DNA of 64,000 nucleotides from Albugo candida (Eukaryota): NCBI GenBank assembly GCA_040437565.1, contig JBDOQK010000017.1, positions 434,001 to 498,000 of the forward strand, read 5' to 3'. Shown piece by piece: positions 53,501 to 64,000 of this stretch (position 1 is its first letter; each line of letters starts with the position of its first letter). The notes under the pieces were generated by a model. It saw only the letters and a program-made list of their open reading frames with translations, ran no database searches and was not told where the DNA came from. The position numbers and the translations under genes were made by a program.

Positions 53501-54510
53501 GACTTCTGACGTGAGATTCTTCAAGTCATCCGTACACACGCGCCAACTTCGTACTACATCCGCACATCTTCGAGGGCGTTTCATGCAATTCCTAAGATAA
53601 ACTCAAGTCAACTTCAAGCACAGATAACGACTCCAACTCTCGTACCTTTATCAACTAGCACCCTACACAATGAACCTCACCGCTATTCCTCGACTTAAGT
53701 CATTCCAAGCCTGCTCTCTCAATTGTGGCCTTCTGTAAGCGATGCTTCAATCTCTCTATGTCTCAACTTGGCGTTGGGGACTCCACACCCGGTACTAAAG
53801 TTAAACGCGATGTCATTTGTGTATGAGTCGTTGCCGCGCGCTCCCTTTCTATAAAAATGAATTCCTATCGCCGATACGCATTCTGCAAATACTTTTAGAG
53901 GCTTACCGATTCGAAGGATAAACGCAATTGGCTTTAACAAACATTCTTTAGAGAACTTTTATCAGCTGGAGATCCGCTTCGTCAAGCCCTCAAATTCGCT
54001 GATATAAAGTGTTATCCGATCAAAGCCAAGGAATATTCTGCTTTCCAGTGCGTACTTTGCATCCATATCAGTAAGGGCGCATGTATCATGACTTAAGGTT
54101 ACCGGAATATGACAATTGATACTTGAAATGATGTGTATTAAAGAACGTGGGGAAGATGTTCGTTATATCGAGTGATGCGCTGCAGAGAATACGTCCTGCA
54201 CCGAGCGATGTCAAGAGCTATGATAATACGAGAATAATGTGCAGTCGTGGCATGAACGCTTGTTTTAATTGCGGTTTAACATTCCTCGTTCAAGTATCAT
54301 TTGGTGCCCGAGCATCAAACGTTTGATTATCGGTCTGCGCTGTGTGGGGAAGCCAATCGTAAATCATACAATGAATCCTTCTTAGTTTTCTGTTCTGTGA
54401 AAATTCGATCAAGAAGGTGTCAATTTGTAGGAATACGGCTACATTAGGAGAAAATGAAAGTTGCCGAAGAAAAGCGCACGGTCTCGTGTTAAAAGTTCTT
54501 CCTATGGATA

Positions 54511-55980
54511 TCAGTCATCTAAGCTCACATCTTCCCACGTATCTGTGTCTGGCGATGCATGGCCAATACCCTTTGCAGGGTAAAACGAAAAGGAATTTGC
54601 ATCATTTGAAGTATCGCTATCGTGGGGCGACAAACGCCCAGAGCGAGATCCCTCATTTCCCAATTGTTGCCCAGATTGTTGGAAGACAGGAGGTTCGACA
54701 TGGTTCCACCATGTTGAATGATACTTGCGTGAACCTGCTCGTGCAGGATGCCAATGCGAAGAACCACTGCCTGCTTGATTTTGATGAGCGTCTGAGTCTC
54801 CTGCATGAGCTTGGCTGGTGGTCGAATGCGGCAAAGCATTCAAATTTGAATCCACGTGTCTCGTATACAAGTGAGAGTTCCCGCGTGATCCATGATGAGC
54901 ATTCGGGTTGGTCGTGTAAGAAGCATGGCGAGACGAACTGCTTCCAGCTTGATTTTGAAGGTAGTTGAAGTGTTCTGTGCCGCTTTCTGTATACACCCGA
55001 TCTTCCAAACCGGGGTCCTTGAGCATGACACCTTGATCAGGTTTCAACCTTGAGCTATGATGTTTATTTGACCGGTGATAATCCTCATCATCTGGCGATT
55101 CAACTACTTTTTCGTTCGCCCATGCGAACTTGACCCTCTCATCAACATTATTATGTAAATGTTCATTTCTGAATTGTTCGACTCCACCAGGAAACTTCCC
55201 GTTGCCGGCATCAATAGCTTCTATCTCTGTTTGCTCATGCTGATTGCGATTTACGTCATCGGATGGTTCCTCCCACGTAGAATCCAGACCAAGAATTTTG
55301 ATTTTGTATGTTGAGGCACCATCTTTATAAAAGATGTATTCATTCTGCTTCATTATGGTTCTCCCGAAAATCCAGCACTCTTCATCATGAACGAGAATTT
55401 GTTCAATGTCTGTGCTTATGGAAAACGCTTTCTTGTTCGATAGCACAAATTGAATCGTTGTTGATCCCTTCGCATTTCTATTTTTCCGTTTTTCTTCTTG
55501 CAAGACGTCTCCGACCGCTTTAGGAACCATGAGTTTCTCATAACCAATATTAAATATAATACATCCAGAATCAGATTTTTCACCCCATTTTATCGCTGTC
55601 ATTTCAACAGACCACGCTTTAGAAGATATACTCGTTAACTCGATCGTTTTTGCACGATTACTTTGTTTCGTGTCCATTGATAACCGGAGTTCATCTCCAT
55701 TGAAATAATAATAGAATGATGAACATATTCCATCGTATGCATTCGGAGCGAGCGTCAATTTTCGAGATCGCAGAGGGAGTATTGGACAGAAGTACTTGGC
55801 TTGTTTTTTCGAATTATCTTCCATAGAGACGGAGTATCCAAAGAATGGTATGAGAGCAAACTGGCTACGTGAACATTCCAATGCTTTCTCAAAGGGGCAT
55901 TTCTCTTCAGAACGTACGACCAGCATCGCGGTGCTGAGATGGAACACGAGGTAGACATTACATGTTACAAATTTTCTCAT
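54511..55980 (-). CDS. Intact orphan putative secreted protein (489 aa) with a Cys-containing beta-rich N-half and a His/Ser/Gly-rich tail; candidate effector
   Basis: Intronless ORF in the gene-sparse region. Hydrophobic N-terminus MRKFVTCNVYLVFHLSTAMLVVRS. Low-complexity tail with a repeated QNQAGS. Confidence 0.8.
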   Translation of the reverse strand: MRKFVTCNVYLVFHLSTAMLVVRSEEKCPFEKALECSRSQFALIPFFGYSVSMEDNSKKQAKYFCPILPLRSRKLTLAPNAYDGICSSFYYYFNGDELRLSMDTKQSNRAKTIELTSISSKAWSVEMTAIKWGEKSDSGCIIFNIGYEKLMVPKAVGDVLQEEKRKNRNAKGSTTIQFVLSNKKAFSISTDIEQILVHDEECWIFGRTIMKQNEYIFYKDGASTYKIKILGLDSTWEEPSDDVNRNQHEQTEIEAIDAGNGKFPGGVEQFRNEHLHNNVDERVKFAWANEKVVESPDDEDYHRSNKHHSSRLKPDQGVMLKDPGLEDRVYTESGTEHFNYLQNQAGSSSSRHASYTTNPNAHHGSRGNSHLYTRHVDSNLNALPHSTTSQAHAGDSDAHQNQAGSGSSHWHPARAGSRKYHSTWWNHVEPPVFQQSGQQLGNEGSRSGRLSPHDSDTSNDANSFSFYPAKGIGHASPDTDTWEDVSLDD

Positions 55981-58900
55981 GGTCGATGTCTATATCGTTT
56001 TGAAGAGAATTCAAAAATAAGAGATACGAGAAGAGCACGAAACAATTGCGTCAGTGCTTTCTCCAATGAATTCGGAAAAAATAGAACATTCTACATCAGA
56101 AGAGCCAACGAGTCATTCAAGTAGAAACATCGAGCGTGACAAGAGACGCAGGGTTAGATGTCGCAGCGTTGTACTGGGGTTGAGGTATGAAGTCATCTCA
56201 TCCAAATATTGCGCGACTAGCACATACATTGTGCGCACACACAGCTCGGCATTCGAAGCACGTACAGACTGAGTGAATGTACCCAATTAAGAAACTGTAC
56301 TGTGTTACGTAAACGTTAGCCAACAAAGTCTCATAAGGGATAGGTAGGGTTTGAAGAGGTCACTTGTCTCATACTGTGAGAAATTCTTAGAACATGAAAC
56401 GTTTGTTTCAATGACACTTTTTTTTGACACTGTTTTAAATGAGATAATGTACATGTCGCGTTCTGATGCAAGGATAACAACTGCTCAAAGTTGACTCTCC
56501 AGTAATTTATTAACCATACCCGCTGAGACTTCTTTCTCATAACACATACGCTTGTGTTGGATGATCAGATCCTCGTTACGTATAGCTTGCGCTTCATTTC
56601 TTGCCTGTAATATTCCTAATTGCACCTTAAATTACAAAGCTATTCTTCCATTGGACCCAGATGTATCTGTTTGCTTTCCTAGATACAGTGTATATACTCA
56701 TCAGCGAGAGACGACGATCTCGCTGATCATATAAGTGGCCTTGCAAAGCGAAGAAATTCGCTTCAAATGCATCTCTCCGATACGATTTGATCGTATTTTC
56801 ACGTTAATGACTCCAATACATTGCTCCGGAACGAAAATTTGATCACTTCTTGACACGAGATTTTGAGATATTTACTGACGGCTAATAAATTTACTTGGTT
56901 AGCATTGATCTCTTCTGTGTGTCGACTTTGCAAAGCTTTGATGTAAGCCTCAAAGCTGATTCTGTATTGGTCCGAGCATCGATTTCAGCGTAGATGAATC
57001 GCATCACCACTGCCACTTCTTTACAAACTTTCTCCATTAGCTGATATTATTTACTCTCCTGCATGTCGCCATCCGCTGCTCCTTTCATTTTCAATTTTTT
57101 TTTCTCTCGTTCCACATCTTCTAATTGTGACTATTATCGCTCCCACACATTGCCACGTTCACGCACCTTCTCCAATTCTTAGCTACACGCTATAATTGCG
57201 TCGTGATCTTGTATTTGAGACGCAGATGATCCGACACGAGTATGTAATTGGCGCTCCAACGAGACAATTGGTGCCTCTCGATCCTCGAAAGTCGGCGCTC
57301 CATGCACCTGGCTTGCTCCAGTTACTCCTAAATCGCTTCATTTGGAACCTCGACTTCTGTAACTGGGAGACTCACTCCATCCTCTCTTGATGGATAGCTA
57401 AAGCGTGAAAAGTCCCAACCTCAAGCAGGCGCATGCATAATTACTCAATTCAGAACCCAATATCGCCAAGCGATGCTTTTCTCTCGTCAATTGAGCTTCC
57501 CACATCACTTGTGCCTTTGCCTCGAAATTATATAGTTTCGTCACAAATGAAGGCGCTTTCAGGGACTGAATAACGTGATAGTTTCAGTGTGGCGATATAA
57601 ATGAGGAGAAAAAGTGTCTACTTTCACTGCGTGCGCTTGAATCTTAGCGGAGCTTTTCGACCTCTACTTCTTACGCACTGGTACGGGTCGACGTCTCTCA
57701 ATCTCGATCTCTGTTGGATTCTTCGTCTTCGCCTATTCTTAGAGGTCACCGTGATTCTATATTTCTCTTCTTGAACGCATGCACATGCCGTGAGATCGAC
57801 GTCATCTTACGGCATTAATCGTCCCCTTTTTCTACTAAATACGGTAAGATCTCTGCTTGCTCCATAATATCCCGCGCACAATCCGTGAATTCCTAATTTT
57901 GTCATCATCGATGTCTCTCTTGACCATCCGGTCCGAGCGACTTTATTTCGGGCTACTGCTTGTGCTTCCGGTACCTGCTATGCTCTTTAGAGAATCGAAA
58001 AAACGAGGCGTGAATTCAGAACTTGATTTTCGTATATTTCAAGATCATTGTGTACTATATATAACCATATTCAGTTATCGGATGTAATCTTGTAGTAAGT
58101 AAGCTTTGAAATCAAGGAAACACCTCTTCCTGTGATAGAGCACCAATGGACCGCTACGTGATCAAACCAATCTTTGAGTGAGAAAGGCACAAAATCTAGT
58201 GAGACTTCGGATAGCTATATTGTGATAAGGCATGTACATCCCACCTGTGATGCATTTTTTTGATTTTTATGTTTGCTGACCTTATTGCTTGTCCAATATT
58301 TCTGGTTGCCAGATTGCCATAATACTTATTGATAATGGCCGAAGGAAAATACACTCGTTCAGGCATCACTATCTTATTCTACAGTAGATTATCGCAAGTA
58401 TGTTCGCATGTAAGAATAATGAATGTGATGTAATGGTCTCATCTAACCTTTTCTATTCCTCTGCTTATGCAGCGATTTATCGACATGAGAGACCTTGCGC
58501 GTACTGACGTTTGAGCACAATAAGATGAGTCTACGTCTATAGTTTTAACTCACGCACAGTTACGCGAAGTGAAAATTTTTCTCAACTTTGCACAATCGGT
58601 CTGCTGGGGAGATTTGATTAAAAAGTAGATACACTGCGAGTACAAAAAAACCTTCTGCAGATCTCTTATCGTATCGCGGATGAGTTTCTTCCCAGCCATG
58701 ACAAGAGTCTGAGAATGTTTATACCTGTAAACGGAATACATTTATGTGGATGTAGCCATTAAACAATCACTTATTCTTATTATATCCACAGTTGAATAAA
58801 TATTGGTGCGACCACCGACTGATACTTCTGCAAGGAAGTATTTTGTAGCGGTGATAATTCCTTACAATTACTAAATGCGAATAATAACTAATTCCAATAG

Positions 58901-59585
58901 GATGGAAGGAAAAAATACTGACTAGTATTTGCAACACTAGCAACTGTCTCGATAACACTACGTGAAAATAGGCTGTCTCATTACATATTGCAAATTGTGC
59001 ATAATAAAAGAACGAGTACGCTAACGATCTTATAAACATCCAAAATAAGTAACATTTGTGTTCAACCAAGATCGCTGATCATCCCGTACGAAGTTGAGAT
59101 ACTGAGAACGCCTTGTCCCTCTAGTATTGAATGCGGCTGGCTTCAAATGTTTTTCTTTAAATGTGGTGGGTCAGGGACCGTCATACTGATCAAATACTTT
59201 CGTGGTAACGTTGCGGCATATATTCTCAATCGTAATAAATAATGCGACGGTAGCCCTGCGCATTGACACGTTGACGTAATTGAACTTTAAGGCGAAGCTA
59301 TCATGCTTGCGATTTTAGATGATTGGCAAACATTTATCGGCAATTTGCTGACGATCTTATCAAGTCAATGAAGCATTTGGAGAGGAGAGAATAAAGAGAA
59401 GTCTCACCTCAAATGGTTTATCAACGATCATACACGATCGTACAGGCTCTCAAGTAAAGGAACAATCAACACGAGCAGCAAGGGAACAGATTCGATGCCA
59501 TGACAAGCCCTTCCGACTGTGACATTCCTAAGAACAAGAGTTGCGGAGAGATAAGACCTAATATCATAAATGGGTATCTATGAAG

Positions 59586-59740
59586 TGTTGATGATGGTGT
59601 AGACCACATTGAAAATTAAAGGCTATGCGGGACATTCTATTATTACATTTACTGTAGTTAGGAATCTAAAACTTAATAAACGCACTTTTCACTTTTCTGG
59701 AACATCGCGCCTCTCCTTCCAACCCCTTTTTAATTCAACA
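59586..59740 (+). mobile_element. Solo LTR (155 bp)
   Basis: Starts TGTTGA and ends TCAACA (perfect 6-bp inverted termini). Internal AATAAA. Flanked by tgaag (59581-59585) and tggag (59741-59745), a 5-bp TSD with one mismatch. Confidence 0.7.
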
Positions 59741-60085
59741 TGGAGTGATAGGTCGTTGTTTGCTTATAGCGTTCTTGGTATTACATGAGTATGCGTTGGA
59801 TACAAGGTCGTCTCCATTTACTTACCATGTTGTTAGTTAGTAAATTTGTTGGTCGCAATAATAGAAGTTGAAAAGAATTCACTTGAAGGAACAATGAAAT
59901 TGCTTCTGTTACAGCTCCCATGCCTCGAATTTTGACACGATCAGATCTTTCAAACTTGGGGACTTAATTGATCCCAGCGCTCAAGAAGACACTCTAGATC
60001 GTCTCAGTTCGTGTACTAGATATCTTAATGCGAATTATTTGGGCATTCCAGATCTTTTATCGTAGTACATTCAAAAGAGTAAATT

Positions 60086-63000
60086 TGTTATGGATTAGTA
60101 GGGCTCACATTCTTCAAACCCCTACTCTGGTAGTTACAAAACAGTAAAGTATAGGAGGCACACAGGGGCGCCAAACATCATAGCATGCATAATAACTTCT
60201 TTAATACACTTCTCAACGTGCCCCCAAGCGCACGGATCCACCAAAAATTATACATTTTTGGTATAGCAAGCTGAAGTCAAGTACCGCCGGCATATCAGCG
60301 CAACAAGAATGGCGACTTTCTGGAGGATTGATGAAGACGTCGAGATGACTCCCGCGTATATCACCGCACCGGAACATATCACGGCGCCAGTTCTAGTTGA
60401 CTTGCACCAGGTGTCGCTAGTCCTCTGGCGAAGCCATAAGGAGCAGTATGAGGGCCTCTTCGGAAGCGCTTCTCTGCAACAGTCGAGCGGTATGACACCA
60501 TCGCAGTCAGTATCAAGAGCTTCATACATGCTGAAATGCTCAAGAACATGGAGCTCTATGTCCTAGGCAGGGATGTGGAGACGCTTAACTACTCCGACAT
60601 TTTGTAAGAGATCAATCGGCGTTGCAGCACGGTGAAGAATAATCATCTCCTGGACGTTGGGCTCTTTTCGCCGTAAGCTGCGAATGTAACTCAAGGAAGA
60701 CGAAATTGAAGCCCGTATATTAAAGTATTTAGCTTGTTTTAACAAGATCGTGGGCAACTATGGGCTCCAACATGTGATGGGACACACCAAGGTCAAAGAG
60801 CAGGATGCGATAATGCAGACGAAGAATAGCACCAAGATCATAATTGATAACCTCGCGCCCACAACGCTGAAGGCCAAGGCGGATGAAAAAGCTTATATAA
60901 TCTGATTCTGGAAGGTGATCGTAAGAAACAGAATTACTTCCTGATGACAATAGAGGATAAACCATAGCAGAATACACAAAGCAAACCACCGATCAGTCGC
61001 AAGTCTGATACCTACTATGTTAAGGGTTTCATGAACGGCGATGACACGTCTCGACCGTCAAGGCAGTACCCACCGAAACCAGCAACTTCCACACAACCAA
61101 GCGATGGCTGTCGGATAAGTAAAGGTAATTACTAGGTTTCTAAGTGTCCAACATCGTCCAAGATGAAGCAAAACGAGCCATGCGAGAGAGCATGGTAGCA
61201 TGTGGCTCAGCAAAGGCGCCGCACTCTCTTCTAACCAAGACTCAGATCTATCAGCGGTCCTACCGGGTAATTTGGAGGTCCTGCTGTGCGCTGACTCGGG
61301 CTAGGATATATCCATCATTAACCGCACTCTTTTGAATGGCCTCCCACCCGACACGCTCGTGACCACCGCCCTCCGTCACCCTGTAGTGTGGAGGTGGATG
61401 GTGGTGCCACTTTGTCCTGCCACGAGCGAGTGAAATTGGACGTCCAAGTAAGTTGTGCTGCCGGACTCGTCCTTGACTAAGAAGAAGATTAATTTATTTT
61501 TGGTAAAGATGTTCTCAGCAGTCATGGTATCGACGTTGGAGCCATGATACCTAAGCTAGCAGAGGGACTAGTCAACGATACAGATGGTGATGATCTTACC
61601 ACCAATCTTGCTGCTGAAGTTGGTGTCGATGCCGATTTGGACATCCTAATTTTTCTATCATCATTAGTGCCTGCAGCACTTTCGGAAGAGGGTGAGGACT
61701 GTAGCCTCGCGCATGAAATATACGAACTAGCCGTCCAAAACACAGATATATGGCGAAACCAGCTGGTTTATGATCCGCCTGCAACGGCTGAGCTCTTTTT
61801 GGTGAAGTTCCAGGTCGACGCGAAGCCTTTAAATTCCAAAGCGAGGACGTATCCGAATCAACAAAGTGATTATCTGTGTTCCTCCTCGCTGAGCCAGAGC
61901 GGCTAGGTCTCTTTAGCCGCAATAATTTCAGCCACTGGTCCTCACCTACATTACCAGTTTGCGAGAGCCTCAACGCGAATGAATTTCGCACTACAGTTGA
62001 TTACACTCGAGTAAACATTGTTGTCATTACTCCGGCTGGAGCCATGCCAGATATGAAGAGAGCGATCCCTCGCGTCTCAGGAGCATCGTATTATGCTCGC
62101 TTTGACAATTTCAAAGGCTTTGGCAGCTCGCACTGGATCCGGACTGTCAGGAGCCGTTCTCAATCGTCACTAAGGAAGGCGTGTACACACCGACCCGTGT
62201 GCCGTAGGGAGCTACCGACTCTGCGATCGATTACCAGAACCAGATGCACACGGTGTATTCCTCATTGTTGCATGACAACTTGCTGGTCTGAATTGATGAC
62301 ATTATCATCTTTGCTCGTTATAGAAAGCAATTTGTCGACAAGATTCGCCACTTCTATCAAATGACTGCGAAGTATAGCCTGACGCTAAGTGTCACGAAGC
62401 TTTTTCTCTTATGCTTCGAGGTACTGTGGTGCGGCAACATCTTAAGGGAAATAGGATTACGACGTGATCACGATCCACTTGCCGCATTGACATCCATTCC
62501 GGCTACGTGATTCGGTCATAGACTTCTCTCGCACTGAAGCACCGCACTCCGACAAACGCGACTCTGTACTTTCGAAAACGAGTCGCACTAAACGTATTGC
62601 AGCCGGTATCTCATTGACATCGCCATCTGCTGAACTTGACGCATACAATGCTTTCCTCGTTGCCCTCCGCCAGTCCGCTCAGCATTCGCTCCCACAAGAT
62701 CAGTCAACCTTCTGTTTGTTTACCGACGTATCCAACTGTGGATGGGCTCTCATTTCTACCCAGGTTCGTATGTACCAGGACGACAAACCAGTTAGAAAAC
62801 AAGCCCATGAGTTGCTTGCATGTTTGGGTGGCATTTTCCGTGGAGAACAGATTAAGTGGTCAGTCACGGAAAAGGAAGGATACCTGATCATTAAAACATG
62901 TATTCAACTGGAGTTCCTGCTGGCTCGAGCTCGTCGATTTCGCCTTTTTTGCGATGACGTGCCCTACTGATATGATATTAAACATCTCAGCGGTGAGAGT

Positions 63001-64000
63001 AATGTGTTGGCTGACATTGTTTATCGTTGGATTGCCCCATCCCATCCTGGGAATGTCACTGCGTATGCTATGCGATTTCGCAGTAAACCACAGCTCTCAC
63101 CACTCCGCCCACTCCAAACACCGATGTTTGTCTATCCGTCGGTCAAGAGGATCGTCACGCTTCATCAGTGCTCGTCAAGCCTCCCTGCTCCCCTTCCTGC
63201 AGATGGATCGCCTATCCTAGTAGCGGGAACGTACTGCTACCTACGGGAGCAGATCACCTCATCATGCGTGTGTTCATAGTTACGCACTGTAGTGTGCGCG
63301 GACACCGTGGCGTTCACTTAATGGTCAACATTATCATGGTAGAAAACCTCCAGCGCAAGGTGCAAGCATTGGTGACGACATGTCAAGGTCAGTTGATTGT
63401 ACATCGAGATTGATCGACAGCTAATGTCGCCACCGAGCGCAATGAAAGCCTTTTTATGGACTATTCTATCTTGGCGATAGCATCTCAGGTGCTAAATATT
63501 TCCTTGTGCGTAAGAATGCTTTCAGCCCCTTATGTGAGGTAATTACTTCCCGCAATGCAATTGGTCGGGGCGCAGCTGACGCAATTATCAGTTGGTTCAA
63601 GCGCTTTGGTTTGCCGATTTCCCTCAAGATCGACAATGGAACGCATTTTCGCAACTAAGTCATTGCTACTGTCACCGCTAACCTCGGTATGACGCACAAG
63701 CTATCTCCAGTCTACGCTCCTTGGCTTAATGGATCCGTCGAGCGCGTCAATCGCGACGTTTTACAGGATGCACGCGCGATGTTGCCCGAAGCCCATCTCG
63801 ATGTGCGGAATTGGGACATTATACTCCCGATAAGTCAGTCCTGCGTCAACCATTCTCCCGTCCAGATCCTGGGTAAAAAGTGCCCAATGGAGATTTTCAC
63901 AGGTCTCCCATCGCCGCCTTTGCTGGTCTCTTTTATCGCGCACGATGGCAACAGCAGCATCCCTTTAACGGTAAATACTGACTCGGTAGCGCAGCAGTCA
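60086..64000 (+). mobile_element. Degenerate Ty3/gypsy LTR retrotransposon, running off the window end
   Basis: Putative 5' LTR 60086-60254 (TGTTAT...TATACA, then TGG). Gag from ~60309. Protease LCADSG*DIS (~61285). RT FDNFKGF/WQL and LV*IDDIIIFA (~62280). RNase H FCLFTDVS...WSVTEKEGY. Integrase IDNGTHF and SPVYAPWLNGSVERVNRDVL. Order PR-RT-RH-IN is that of gypsy. Confidence 0.93.

Noticed and set aside
54417..54968. 183-aa plus-strand ORF
   Set aside because: Antisense shadow of the low-complexity tail of the 489-aa gene, with no independent features.
1..64000. CRISPR array, prokaryotic defence system, rRNA or tRNA genes
   Set aside because: No repeat-spacer periodicity, operon-like structure or recognisable structural RNA was seen. 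The RT motifs belong to ordinary L1-like and gypsy relics.

Overview
Eukaryotic draft-assembly scaffold. It is most consistent with an Albugo-like (white rust) oomycete; this is inferred from short 44-83 nt GT-AG introns and a CHxC-type effector relic. Sixteen 100-N gaps are present, and most are flanked by duplicated overlap, which is an assembly artefact. The window is sharply bipartite. From 1 to 23.8 kb it is gene-dense: FIBP, a CSRNP-N-like protein, an intronless ~1,110-aa secreted orphan, sedoheptulokinase, a C2HC zinc-finger protein, TCF25/Rqc1 and asparagine synthetase, plus a diverged local duplication and an LRR/IQ pseudogene. From 23.9 to 64 kb it is gene-sparse: decayed CHxC/CCG-type effector genes, two weakly related orphan secreted-protein genes (one intact, one broken by a 13-bp footprint-like insertion), and relics of L1-like, copia, Tc1-like and Ty3/gypsy elements plus a solo LTR. 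No rRNA, tRNA, CRISPR array or prokaryotic system was seen. The best candidates for undescribed biology are the large secreted orphan (possible toxin-like architecture) and the paralogous secreted family in the effector graveyard. Both rest on inference and need database or structure checks.
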